Part shown: in pieces, positions 49,101-58,424 of the stretch | Numbering within the stretch: the first letter of the stretch is position 1 | How the letters are laid out: each line of letters opens with the position of its first letter | Assembly: GCA_040769165.1 (NCBI GenBank) | Contig: JAXGLP010000001.1 | Span: 728,197 to 792,196 of the forward strand | Length of the DNA: 64,000 nt | Direction of reading: 5' to 3' | From: Armatimonadota bacterium | GTDB lineage: Bacteria > Armatimonadota > UBA5829 > DSUL01 | The notes under the pieces: generated by a model | Databases searched by the model: none | What the model was told of the DNA's origin: nothing | Seen by the model: only the letters and a program-made list of their open reading frames with translations | Translations under genes and position numbers: made by a program

Positions 49101-50663
49101 TTCGAGGCGTCCGACGGATACCGCGCCGTGCGCTATCCCGAGACAACAGCCTACGACACGGCGGTTGTCATCAACTCCGCGCCCTCACTGGCGTCGGGGA
49201 CGGTCTCGCCCCCGAACGGGACTCCGGACACCGACTTCACCTGGAGCGTCGTTTACATAGACGCCGACAACCAGGCCCCTGCCTTCATGAGAGTGCTGAT
49301 TGACGGCACGGCGCACGATATGGCGAAGATTACCGCCGGGAGCAACTACGCGTCGGGCGTGACCTACCGGTGGACGCAGAACCTGCCGCTCGGCACGCAT
49401 AACTTCCTGTTCCAGGCAAGCGACGGGCAGCCGGGCGAGCCGGTTGTGCAGTCGACGCTTCAGAGCGGCCCCATCGTTCAGGATGTCGCAGGGCCGGAAC
49501 TGACGGACGGGGCGGTTTCGCCGACGCAGGGCGCTGCGAATGAGCAGTTTGTTTACAGCGTCTGGTATCGCGACCCGAACAACCGCCAGCCAGCGAGCAT
49601 CTCCGTCTTCATTGACGGAAGCGCAACCGGACGCGCTCTGTTTGCCACGGGTGTCCCGGACGCCCAGGGGCGGCAGCGTTACGAATCGGCGCCGGTGTCG
49701 CTTGGCGGCGGCTCGCACACATTCTACTTCGAGGCATCGAACGGCCTCGCGACCAGCCGCCTGGGTTCGCCGTCCAACCCGCTGGTTGGGCCGTCGGTCT
49801 CTGGCGCCAGCCTGGTGCTGAACGTGTCGAGCGACAGCTACAAGCTCGGACAGACCATCTCGGTGACGGGCTCGCTCGCTCCCGCCAGCTTGAGCCCGGC
49901 CGCGATCATCATTACCCTGAACACGCCGGACGTGAACCGGCCCGTGATTCAGAAGACCGTGACGACGTCGGCCGACGGAACGTTTGCGGCGGACGTTGCC
50001 GCGGCGGACTATACCGGCACCTGGACTATCCGGGCGGCCTGGAACGGCGGCTCCGGGTTCCCGGCGCAGGAGACGGCGCTGACGTCCATAGATGTCGGCG
50101 GCTTCGTGTTCCGCCTGAACGCGGGTGTCGTGGACATGGTGACGCTCACGCTGATTCCGTCGAGCGCCGACCCGGCGGTTGTCTTCGGCGACGCAGCGAC
50201 GGCGGCGAACGTTCAGATGGCCGAGTGGAGTCCGAACCTGGCTGAATACCTGTTCTATCCCGCCCGCGCTCCCCGCGCTGCCGCGCAACTCTGGGGTGGG
50301 GCCGGGTTCTGGGTCAAGCCGCTCGTGACGCAGGATGTCGAGGTCAGCGGGCAGTTGGCTTCCCAGACCTCGGCCTATCGGGTACCGCTGAGCGCTGGCT
50401 GGAACCAGGTCGGCTCGGTGTTCGTGAAACCGATACAGATCGGTGCTATGCAGGTCGTATATCAGGGTCAGACAAGGACGCTGGCGGATGCCGCGCGGCA
50501 GGGATGGATCCGGGACTACGCCTGGGGCTTCGACCCGGCGGCGGCAAATCCCGGGGACTACTACTTCCTGGTGATGGCCGGCACGAACCGGACGACGTTC
50601 GATCCGGGCCGGGGTTACTGGATCAGGGCGCTTGTCGACTGCGACCTGGTGCTCGTTCCGTAG
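43197..50663 (+). CDS. Giant secreted repeat protein, paralog of the preceding CDS (about 2488 aa), with the shared C-terminal module
   Basis: ATG at 43197 gives the signal peptide ...LAAALACAVLAGPVSAQ. Same three repeat classes as 34879..43062. Shared module at 50126-50660 (SAGWNQVGSVF...GRGYWIRAL). Confidence 0.75.
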   Translation: MNLLSRLRGQLVAASGLRAALPGLAAALACAVLAGPVSAQSLSGPGVTPGKATTNSIYNHTVTWTWTPSNNHFPWYANVVTLGPEEVTRVYSDAARTQLVTDQVDIKIPVTWFGVDRFYEIWAANGENYPPTADRVNAGYRPGGNRVRVTLPVDEEGNTINPVTATGELTARVRLGAFRAVERNVPVDPDGDGQTFFTRGAPIVAVGGVFDENGVDYWETQDQYGNPTGGLGSVVSGAGYPFRCGLRLPSPLPSRVKTVTLIYYVGPVTLGNIGGGFDDDDGNYVPLAAAWDGDKPPQDGSRFLLSASRGLNLLNDPRAVPGVNRVTGPGATQHWATRFIKRDSNGRPERITSNTDDDVIRYGAYMKVEGSDTEPAQPGDLDTESFPSTPPLVGANAAVISPNLFGPYNYPSVIQKVGPTGSTIIKVSPPGGGYLVDVRGVWADSDADDDGVADLTGPNYYSGGTFDTATNIITLGTALPSSVQNVWVDYAYSSRYYRFGDAGEEDDTSIWGHDALGAYPAVAFVNRAKVYNPLVAEQYIRDYYWRIDPVSGDLVVNPSARKMIKITDDAAFIDASGTTPADERLFTPFKQNAPNDGNSSHSFNFRVRYYNDQGLGASNWLPRADGRPGASGVMVYVKYDGENDFRPYGMAQENPAVNNVARDDNSYPGDYGLGYLLRFEPNFGLSGIVVAGKKNYPTPTWTLPNNYISMPVGRHQYFFATSDDSLKDWDGALWRNPQVKVRAENPLNPYDVPWWTQQNPPAYRPGELPFGFGDGFIDSNMRDTYNFADITTYQPGLLNTGYEYEATEHPVVHALLSGIPFGQDALGHVGSGFFLGTLSPYVPAVNPRQPPVPTGMSAGFNLAGAWQTTSMGTASTLFTFKVIWQSFDPDTKVGRPPKYIKVFVNNKSTAKPTLDTDNTTVDPAAKYTGYTMVPVKANPTAADYAAGLTYQYQTTLPPGPHTYYFEADAGFGAVRFPVRPDGRRLDAPPEDGGHGWWEDPYVPGERDFADNNDYCPGPYVNNKPQLLSPSVTPSSGPYGTDFVYRVIYQDPDGQRPVQTDIIIELAPGQTVRATMQRVEPDPANVDYAEGEAYIFRASSLQGSVFAPGIRRYRFEFRDDWGHPRIDTDTIPGELVSAPAAVNNVTAWYEGPTVSAQARPLLTAGAVSSSDGSSNPATLWTYQVTYTHGNNIAPSFVNVYTGAQRDAADPLNARTLERARPSSARSLQVAVTPVTSVTGVWTNAAGGGVNYYTGGSFNPSTGVITLGAALPEPSRDVWVTYSANPIVWDDGHGMARRDAADIIYTDGAVYQYQTTLPGPQRTGDLPITYYFTYQASDGRLMTHYDAASSASAFALTRQPAGEGATDTGEILSHATSQNYTVYQAEHFPIVGPLPTTATSDPGVLLQPIIYKNDLQLMPGFTGTLDSAYVEDNVRVDANGLSVTVDPSVVHMVLGVYTDALMMGTDYYAGGAGGKYNSESGVIALGTQLPAGVRRVYLSYSNRGEYRVDFVNGKVIFTEPNDASDVLEMEYWWAAKGPASVGLNNPPSLSLGRWTALPLDTVPNDGVDGSSTTEFTFSVVYRDVDGQGGQAPSFVNIIIDGVVHPMTLSTSNPVYSTGATFSYTTKLSSGSHLYYFEASDGTGFAAYDADGSKSSAAEITGLVPIVGPFVNDRPVLSSGAVSPNPVDGIAAGSSATYAVTYTDADGNPPNVGYPKVWIDNPTEVDYSGKVTAVNGSTLTIGGADWAPGVLTGKLLQVTTGLVIDPETQTLGSPSAASGRIYQVLDSGRNTLVVTPTELPGETIILGDTISVTGLVMSKQNPQQTDYRQPVPYQLVVPSMPVGTHEYHFSVVSAPTVEVVTLRAGSAEFAGPLVTSTPPDGNVAPVLAAGSVTPDRGVSNTAFTFEVAYSDADDDPPGAHDGVFGYVRLVFNDGSYPAQRMQPVGAVNSWISPVVYRVVLDDLPAGTHLFHFEASDGYRAVRYPETTAYDTAVVINSAPSLASGTVSPPNGTPDTDFTWSVVYIDADNQAPAFMRVLIDGTAHDMAKITAGSNYASGVTYRWTQNLPLGTHNFLFQASDGQPGEPVVQSTLQSGPIVQDVAGPELTDGAVSPTQGAANEQFVYSVWYRDPNNRQPASISVFIDGSATGRALFATGVPDAQGRQRYESAPVSLGGGSHTFYFEASNGLATSRLGSPSNPLVGPSVSGASLVLNVSSDSYKLGQTISVTGSLAPASLSPAAIIITLNTPDVNRPVIQKTVTTSADGTFAADVAAADYTGTWTIRAAWNGGSGFPAQETALTSIDVGGFVFRLNAGVVDMVTLTLIPSSADPAVVFGDAATAANVQMAEWSPNLAEYLFYPARAPRAAAQLWGGAGFWVKPLVTQDVEVSGQLASQTSAYRVPLSAGWNQVGSVFVKPIQIGAMQVVYQGQTRTLADAARQGWIRDYAWGFDPAAANPGDYYFLVMAGTNRTTFDPGRGYWIRALVDCDLVLVP

Positions 50664-50668
50664 GATAT

Positions 50669-50691
50669 TTCCTGCCCCGCCGGGGCAGGAA
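50669..50691 (+). terminator. Strong hairpin (10-bp stem ttcctgcccc/ggggcaggaa, 3-nt loop) just after the giant CDS
   Basis: Perfect inverted repeat 6 nt after the stop. No downstream T-tract. Confidence 0.4.
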
Positions 50692-50766
50692 GAAGAGACA
50701 GATGCTCTTCCACCGTGGGACGGCTCGCTGGTGGGGACGATAAGCTGATAGTGCAGATGAGGAAAC

Positions 50767-51645
50767 TTGATGAGATGTAACGTTTTGCCGCGCATCGCGC
50801 TTCTGGTGGCGGGCGCGTATTTGATCAATCTTGCAGCGCCAGCCGCTGCGCAGACCGCCGCGCCTGCGCCGGAGGCCGCCAAGGCTCCGGCCGAGGCGAA
50901 GGCCGCCCCCGGCGCTGCCGAGGCGGGGTACACCGGCCCGCGCATCAGCCTGCTGGTGTTCCCGTTCGATACTTCGGAAGTGCAGGGCGCGCCTGAGGGG
51001 CTGGGCGAGAGCCTGGCCAAGATGTTCAAGGACGGCACCCTGCGAAGCACCATCTTCACCGGCGTGACGTTCAACCCGAAGTTCCCGGTGTTGCGCCGGG
51101 CGCTCGATGAGACGACACTTTCGGCTGCCGACCTGAAGGAGCCGTTCACGCTCGATCCGCGCGACACCGAGCGCGCCGCCAAGATCGGCCGCGTTATGGA
51201 TATGCCGGTGGCTCTGGGAGCGCTCCAGGACTTCAACTACGACCGCGAGAAGAAAGAAGCGACGGTCACGATCACGGCCGAGATTATCAACAGCCAGACC
51301 GGGCGCATCGACAAGACCCTTGTCGCAAGCGGCAAGACTCCGGCCTCGATGGTCGTCGGCACCGAAACGGACTATCTCCTGCGGGCGGCGGAACTGGCCG
51401 GGCAGGATCTGCTCGCGAAGATTCCGGGCGTGGAGCCGACGCTTGTCGTGAAGCCGGGTGAGAACGGCAAGACTGCGACGGATGAGGGCGAGAAGCCCGT
51501 GGTTGTTGAGCCCGTCAAGAAGAAGAGCAACTCCGGCCTGTGGGCGGCGCTTGCCGTGCTGGCTGGCATCATCATCGCTGGAAGCGGCGGTGGCGGTGGT
51601 GGGGGCGGAACCACCACGGTCGGGCCACCGGCTCCTCCTTACTAG
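50767..51645 (+). CDS. Membrane-anchored LpoB/CsgG-like envelope protein, short paralog of CDS 28155..29981
   Basis: Signal peptide ...[25 protein letters not shown] pattern. C-terminal anchor [31 protein letters not shown] parallels KKKKGIGQVLGVLAGLALVAIIAGQG. Confidence 0.55.
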   Translation: MMRCNVLPRIALLVAGAYLINLAAPAAAQTAAPAPEAAKAPAEAKAAPGAAEAGYTGPRISLLVFPFDTSEVQGAPEGLGESLAKMFKDGTLRSTIFTGVTFNPKFPVLRRALDETTLSAADLKEPFTLDPRDTERAAKIGRVMDMPVALGALQDFNYDREKKEATVTITAEIINSQTGRIDKTLVASGKTPASMVVGTETDYLLRAAELAGQDLLAKIPGVEPTLVVKPGENGKTATDEGEKPVVVEPVKKKSNSGLWAALAVLAGIIIAGSGGGGGGGGTTTVGPPAPPY

Positions 51646-51763
51646 AGAGGCAGCCTGCACGAATCAGCTTCTGGGCGGCGGCGCCGGATTCCGGCAGCCG
51701 CCGCTTTTTCGTGTCACGCCGCCGCTGTTGGGCATTGGATATACTGCTTCGCAGAGTACATCC

Positions 51764-53839
<2,076 letters not shown>

Positions 53840-53903
53840 CGCCGCGGCCGCACAACCTGTTCTCACGCAGGATGACCGGGCCGCCCCGCGTAACTCAGCC
53901 AGT

Positions 53904-54962
53904 ATGTCGAAGGAAACAATGACAGGCCGCGAGCGATGGCTCGCGGTTCTGAACCGAGAGAAGCCGGACCGCATCCCGATGGATTACTGGGCCACCGGCG
54001 AAGCCTCGCAGAAGCTGTGCGAGCACATGGGCTGCGATCTTGAGACCGCGCTTGCGCGCCTGCACGTTGACCATCCCGCGAGCGTCGGCGGCCGGTACGT
54101 GGGGCCGCCTCCGCCGGAGGGGCAGGATATCTGGGGCCTCGAGCGGCGGCAGGTCAGCTATGGCTCCGGGGTTTACAGCGAAGTCGTCGGAGACCCGCCG
54201 CTGGCGCGCTTCGGCAGCGTGGAGGAGATCGAGGCCGGCTACCGGTGGCCTTCGCCCGACGACTGGGACTACTCGCACCTGCCCGCGGCGGTGCAGGCCC
54301 TGCGCGACAGGCCTGTGCGCGGCGGCGGGTCCGAGCCGTTTCTGCTCTACAAGCTGCTTCGCGGCGAGGCGCAGGCGTTTGTGGACCTCATCGAGAACCC
54401 GGAGATCGTCCACTACTGCCTCGGCCGCCTGTTCGATCTCGCGTATCAGGAGACCCTCCGGGTCTTCGAAAGCATTCCCGGCGTGGTGATGATCACCTAC
54501 GTCGCCGAGGATGTCGGCGCGCAGACCGGGCTGATGTACTCGCCCGCGCAGATCAGGGAGTTCCTGCATCCGGGCATGAAGCGCATGATGGACCTGACGC
54601 ATCAGCACGGGTCGTTCGTGTTCCATCACACGGACGGAGCGGTGCGGGACATCCTGCCCGATCTCATCGCGCTCGGCATAGACGTTTTGAACCCTGTTCA
54701 GTGGCGCTGCGCGGGGATGGAGCGCGAGGGGCTGAAGCGTGACTTCGGGGCGCAGATCGTGTTTCACGGCGGCGTGGACAATCAGTACACCCTCCCGTTC
54801 GGCACGGTCGAAGAGGTGCGGAGTGAAGTGCGGGACAACTACCGCATCCTCGGCGAGGGTGGGGGGTATATCCTTGCCCCCTGCCACAACATCCAGGCGG
54901 TGGGACCGGCGGAGAATGTCGTGGCAATGTATGAAGCGGGGTATGAATACGGATGGCAGTGA
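53904..54962 (+). CDS. Uroporphyrinogen decarboxylase (URO-D)-family protein (MtaA/CmuA-like)
   Basis: Begins MTGRERWLAVLNREKPDRIPMDYW and ends ...ILAPCHNIQ, which matches the URO-D TIM-barrel family pattern. Confidence 0.65.
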   Translation: MSKETMTGRERWLAVLNREKPDRIPMDYWATGEASQKLCEHMGCDLETALARLHVDHPASVGGRYVGPPPPEGQDIWGLERRQVSYGSGVYSEVVGDPPLARFGSVEEIEAGYRWPSPDDWDYSHLPAAVQALRDRPVRGGGSEPFLLYKLLRGEAQAFVDLIENPEIVHYCLGRLFDLAYQETLRVFESIPGVVMITYVAEDVGAQTGLMYSPAQIREFLHPGMKRMMDLTHQHGSFVFHHTDGAVRDILPDLIALGIDVLNPVQWRCAGMEREGLKRDFGAQIVFHGGVDNQYTLPFGTVEEVRSEVRDNYRILGEGGGYILAPCHNIQAVGPAENVVAMYEAGYEYGWQ

Positions 54963-56029
54963 AGGCTGACTGGGATGCTTCGAAACGGCGGTTTGAGGCC
55001 TGGTGGAACGGCTCGGCCGACGACCGCGTGCTGCTGCAGGTGATTGCGCCGAAGGAAGCAGAATCGAAGCCCGCCGCGCCTCCGGCTTCTCCCGAGCAGC
55101 GCTGGCTCGACGCGGACTGGCGTATTCGGGCGTTCGAGCAGGGGATGGCGCGCACGCACTACGGCGGCGACGCCTTCCCGTTCCTCGATACCCACATCGG
55201 GCCGGGCACGATGTCGCTGTACCTCGGCGCGGTGCCCGAGTTTCACGACAACACCGTCTGGTATCACCCCTGCATTCAGGACATTCGCACTGCCGAGCCG
55301 CCCGAGCCCGACGAGAACAACCGATTCTGGGCCTTCTCGAAGGAGTTCGCCCGAGCGGCCGTCGAGCGGCTGAAGGGCAGAGCCCTGGTCAGTTTCCCCG
55401 ACCTGATCGAGGGGTTGGACACGATATCGAGCCTTATCGGCAACGACGAGCTTCTGCTGGCGCTGGTGGATGCTCCGGACGACGTCCACCGCTTTCAGGG
55501 TTCGCTGACCGACACCTACTTCGATTTCCACGACCCGCTCTACAACATCATCCGCGACGCGGACGGAGGCTGCTGCTTCTCCGCGTTCAACACGTGGGCG
55601 CCCGGGCCGATGGCCAAGGTGCAGTGCGACTTCAGCGCGATGATCTCGGCGGAGATGTTCGAGGAGTTCGCGCTGCCGTATCTCGACGAGCAGTGCGCCC
55701 GGCTGGAGTATTCCGTCTATCATCTGGACGGCCCGGGAGCGCTTCAGCATCTGCCGCTTCTCCTCGATATACCGGATCTGAACGCCATCCAGTGGACGCC
55801 TGGAGCGGGGCAGCCCTCGGCGGCGTGGGACGGCTACATTCCGATGTACAGGGAAATCCGCCGGGCCGGAAAGTCGGTTATGGTGCGCGGCGGAACGCCG
55901 GACGAAGCGAGGGCGCTCGTGCGGACAATGGGTCCCGAGGGGCTGGACATCCTGATCTGGGCCGGCTCGCCGGAGGAAGCCGACGCGCTCGTGAAGGAGT
56001 CGTTTTCCTGGAAGACCCGTCCGGCCTGA
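54953..56029 (+). CDS. Hypothetical protein, distantly URO-D-like TIM barrel
   Basis: Overlaps the upstream stop by 10 nt. Weak URO-D-like segments (GLDTISSLIGNDELLLALVDAPDDV, DFSAMISAEMFEEFALPY, YHLDGPG). Confidence 0.4.
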   Translation: MAVKADWDASKRRFEAWWNGSADDRVLLQVIAPKEAESKPAAPPASPEQRWLDADWRIRAFEQGMARTHYGGDAFPFLDTHIGPGTMSLYLGAVPEFHDNTVWYHPCIQDIRTAEPPEPDENNRFWAFSKEFARAAVERLKGRALVSFPDLIEGLDTISSLIGNDELLLALVDAPDDVHRFQGSLTDTYFDFHDPLYNIIRDADGGCCFSAFNTWAPGPMAKVQCDFSAMISAEMFEEFALPYLDEQCARLEYSVYHLDGPGALQHLPLLLDIPDLNAIQWTPGAGQPSAAWDGYIPMYREIRRAGKSVMVRGGTPDEARALVRTMGPEGLDILIWAGSPEEADALVKESFSWKTRPA

Positions 56030-56035
56030 TTCCGG

Positions 56036-58270
56036 CTACCGGGCACTCCGCTTCTCGCTGATCGTTCCTTCGCCGTTCATGTCCAGCGTCAGGAAGCGGT
56101 CTTTCGCGATCTGAGTCCAGAACACGCCGTCCTTCGCGATGTCGAGATGCGGCAGTCCCTCCGCGTCCATCGCCGCCTGCAACTCCACCGCGAGCGCGGG
56201 CAGACCGTCCAGCCGCGCCACCTTTCCCTTGCCGATGGTTCGCCCGTTCGGTGAACCCCCGAACAGAATCTCCTCGGGCTCGCCTGTGCCCTCGACGCTC
56301 TCGAAGCGCGGCACGCCCGTCACCAGAAGCCGGCCGCCCTTCCTCACCCAGGCGGCGATCAGCCGCGCGTCCGAAGGCTCCATCACATCGCCGTGCAGCA
56401 CAACCAGCAGCCGGTTCCGGTCGAGGGCGCCCGTGCGGAGCATGGACTCGTCCACGTAGTCGAAGTCAATGAAGTCCCGGAACTCCGCCGCCTTCTGCAG
56501 ATAGCCGCCCCATTTCAGCGTCAGCGCCACGTTCGGATACCAGAGCGCGACCGGCACCACCGGGTTCGCAACATGAAACAGCCACGGCAGGTTTCGGCGC
56601 TGCGCCGCAATCCTCGACTCGCTCGATACGACGTTCGGGTTGTAGTCGTGAAGCTGGTTCGCGCCCGAAGCCGTCGCGTTGTAGATGCGCGCCGCAATGC
56701 CCTTCTCGTCCTCGGCGCCCGCTGGCTCGAACCCGAAGTACGCCCCGTAGTGCTTGCCCGCCGATGCCACCCAGCGTGTTATCGAGAAGTTCAGCCCGTA
56801 GTCGGACGCCTCGTTCGTAATTCGCACACCCGCCCCGTGCTTCGCCGCCACCCTGCACTGCTCCGCGAAGTTCGACCCGTGCTCCGGAATCGCGTCGCCG
56901 CCCGTGCACAGGTAGATGGGCGTCTTCGGGAAATGCTTCCGGGTCGTCGCCATCCACCAGTCCGACCAGTCGGTCATGCACTCGCGGTACCAGTCCACGA
57001 AATCGAGCCACCGCCTGCGCGCAAGCGCATCGCCCGTTCCGGCGCGCTCGCGAAACGCCGCAAGCTCCTCCCCGCGGCCCGGGAATCCGGCCGTCGAGAT
57101 GGCCGCGAACGACGTGCCCCAGGCGCGATTCAGAGCCTCGACTGATTCGTACCGCCGCCCGAGGAACTTCCGGAAGCTCGCCAGCGCGTACGGGTCGTCG
57201 CACCAGAAACCCGCGTGGTTGTGATACTCGCCGGGGATGTCGAAAGTCCAGCCGCCGCCCCATACCGAATAGATGGCCTCTCCGAAATCCCCCTGAATCC
57301 CGAGCAGCACCGACTCGATCACCCCGCTCTTGCCGTACCGTTCGGCGAACGCAGCCAGGAATCGGTCAATCCACTTCGGGAGGTTCGGGTTCCACAAAGA
57401 CTCGACCTTGCTCTGGATTCCATGCTCCAGACAGCGGCAGCCGTAGTGGTCGCTGCCTTCGCGGAACCAGTCCGGAGTCGAGTACGCGGGCCCCAGAATC
57501 AGAAACGGCACCCACTTCAGGCCGTTTGCCTTCATAATCCGGACCTGCTCGTCCCAGCGCGACCAGTCCCACTCCCCTTCCTTGCGTCCCTCCACCGTCT
57601 CCCACGCCACATAGCTCTCGATGCTCGTGACGCCGAGCGCGCGGTAGAGCGGCGCGCTGGCCTCGTCAACGTCGTTTCCCAGAGTGTAGTACATGCCTTG
57701 CGGCTTGCCGCTGTTCTTGAGATGCATTCGGATGCGCTCCGTGTTTCCGGGCAGCTTGATCTTAGGATCCTCGAAGTAGATCTCCAGTCGCGAGAGACGC
57801 AGGTCCGGCGGGCCGTTTATGCGCAAATCCGCGCCGCCGTTTTGCGTGCCTGAGAGTCTGGCATCGGTGAACTTCAGCACCGCGCGTTCCCACTTGCCCG
57901 ATCCGAGCATCAGTATGCGCGGGCCGTCGGAGTAGGCGGACGCGCTGGAGTTGTACTGCGTGCGGGCTACTCCCATGCCGCTGTCGAGGTAGTCAACCAC
58001 GGCATACACCACCCCTCCCGCCTTCGAGCGCGCGCCCGGTTCGAGCCGGAAGTAGAGATACGTGATCGCGGGTTCGCCGCCCGCGACATTGCCAACCGCT
58101 TCGCGGCCGGCGATGCTGGTCTTTTCCCACCGTCCGTCCGGAACGGAAACCAGTTCCAGTCCGTCTGACGCGGATGGCGCGAAAACGGCCGCTGGGCTTG
58201 CCGCCGCCAGAATCGGCGTGGGCGCCAGCGCGGGGATGATGGAAACCACGAGGATGATGATAGTTCGCAT
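56036..58270 (-). CDS. Secreted glycoside hydrolase, GH42/GH14-like TIM barrel
   Basis: Signal peptide MRTIIILVVSIIPALAPTPILAAA (ATG at 58270; an alternative start is 58287). Contains GVTSIESYVAWETVEGRKEGEWDWSRWDEQVRIMKANGLKWVPFLILGPAYSTPDWF. Confidence 0.55.
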   Translation of the reverse strand: MRTIIILVVSIIPALAPTPILAAASPAAVFAPSASDGLELVSVPDGRWEKTSIAGREAVGNVAGGEPAITYLYFRLEPGARSKAGGVVYAVVDYLDSGMGVARTQYNSSASAYSDGPRILMLGSGKWERAVLKFTDARLSGTQNGGADLRINGPPDLRLSRLEIYFEDPKIKLPGNTERIRMHLKNSGKPQGMYYTLGNDVDEASAPLYRALGVTSIESYVAWETVEGRKEGEWDWSRWDEQVRIMKANGLKWVPFLILGPAYSTPDWFREGSDHYGCRCLEHGIQSKVESLWNPNLPKWIDRFLAAFAERYGKSGVIESVLLGIQGDFGEAIYSVWGGGWTFDIPGEYHNHAGFWCDDPYALASFRKFLGRRYESVEALNRAWGTSFAAISTAGFPGRGEELAAFRERAGTGDALARRRWLDFVDWYRECMTDWSDWWMATTRKHFPKTPIYLCTGGDAIPEHGSNFAEQCRVAAKHGAGVRITNEASDYGLNFSITRWVASAGKHYGAYFGFEPAGAEDEKGIAARIYNATASGANQLHDYNPNVVSSESRIAAQRRNLPWLFHVANPVVPVALWYPNVALTLKWGGYLQKAAEFRDFIDFDYVDESMLRTGALDRNRLLVVLHGDVMEPSDARLIAAWVRKGGRLLVTGVPRFESVEGTGEPEEILFGGSPNGRTIGKGKVARLDGLPALAVELQAAMDAEGLPHLDIAKDGVFWTQIAKDRFLTLDMNGEGTISEKRSAR

Positions 58271-58336
58271 TGTCTCTTTCTTCCCCATCGGGGCCCGAAA
58301 TCCCCTTTTTTTTGCCGCCATATTGGCCCTCTTGTC

Positions 58337-58365
58337 TTGACCTGCATCGCGCCGAAGATTACTAT
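58337..58365 (+). promoter_or_regulatory. Putative sigma70-type promoter (TTGACC-17 bp-TACTAT) for CDS 58425..61556
   Basis: Spacing counted directly, in the divergent intergenic region. GAAGGAG ribosome-binding site precedes the ATG at 58425. Confidence 0.45.
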
Positions 58366-58424
58366 TGTACCTGCCCTCCCGCACACTGTTCAGGGAGGAA
58401 CTCTGCACGAGCGAAGGAGTCACG

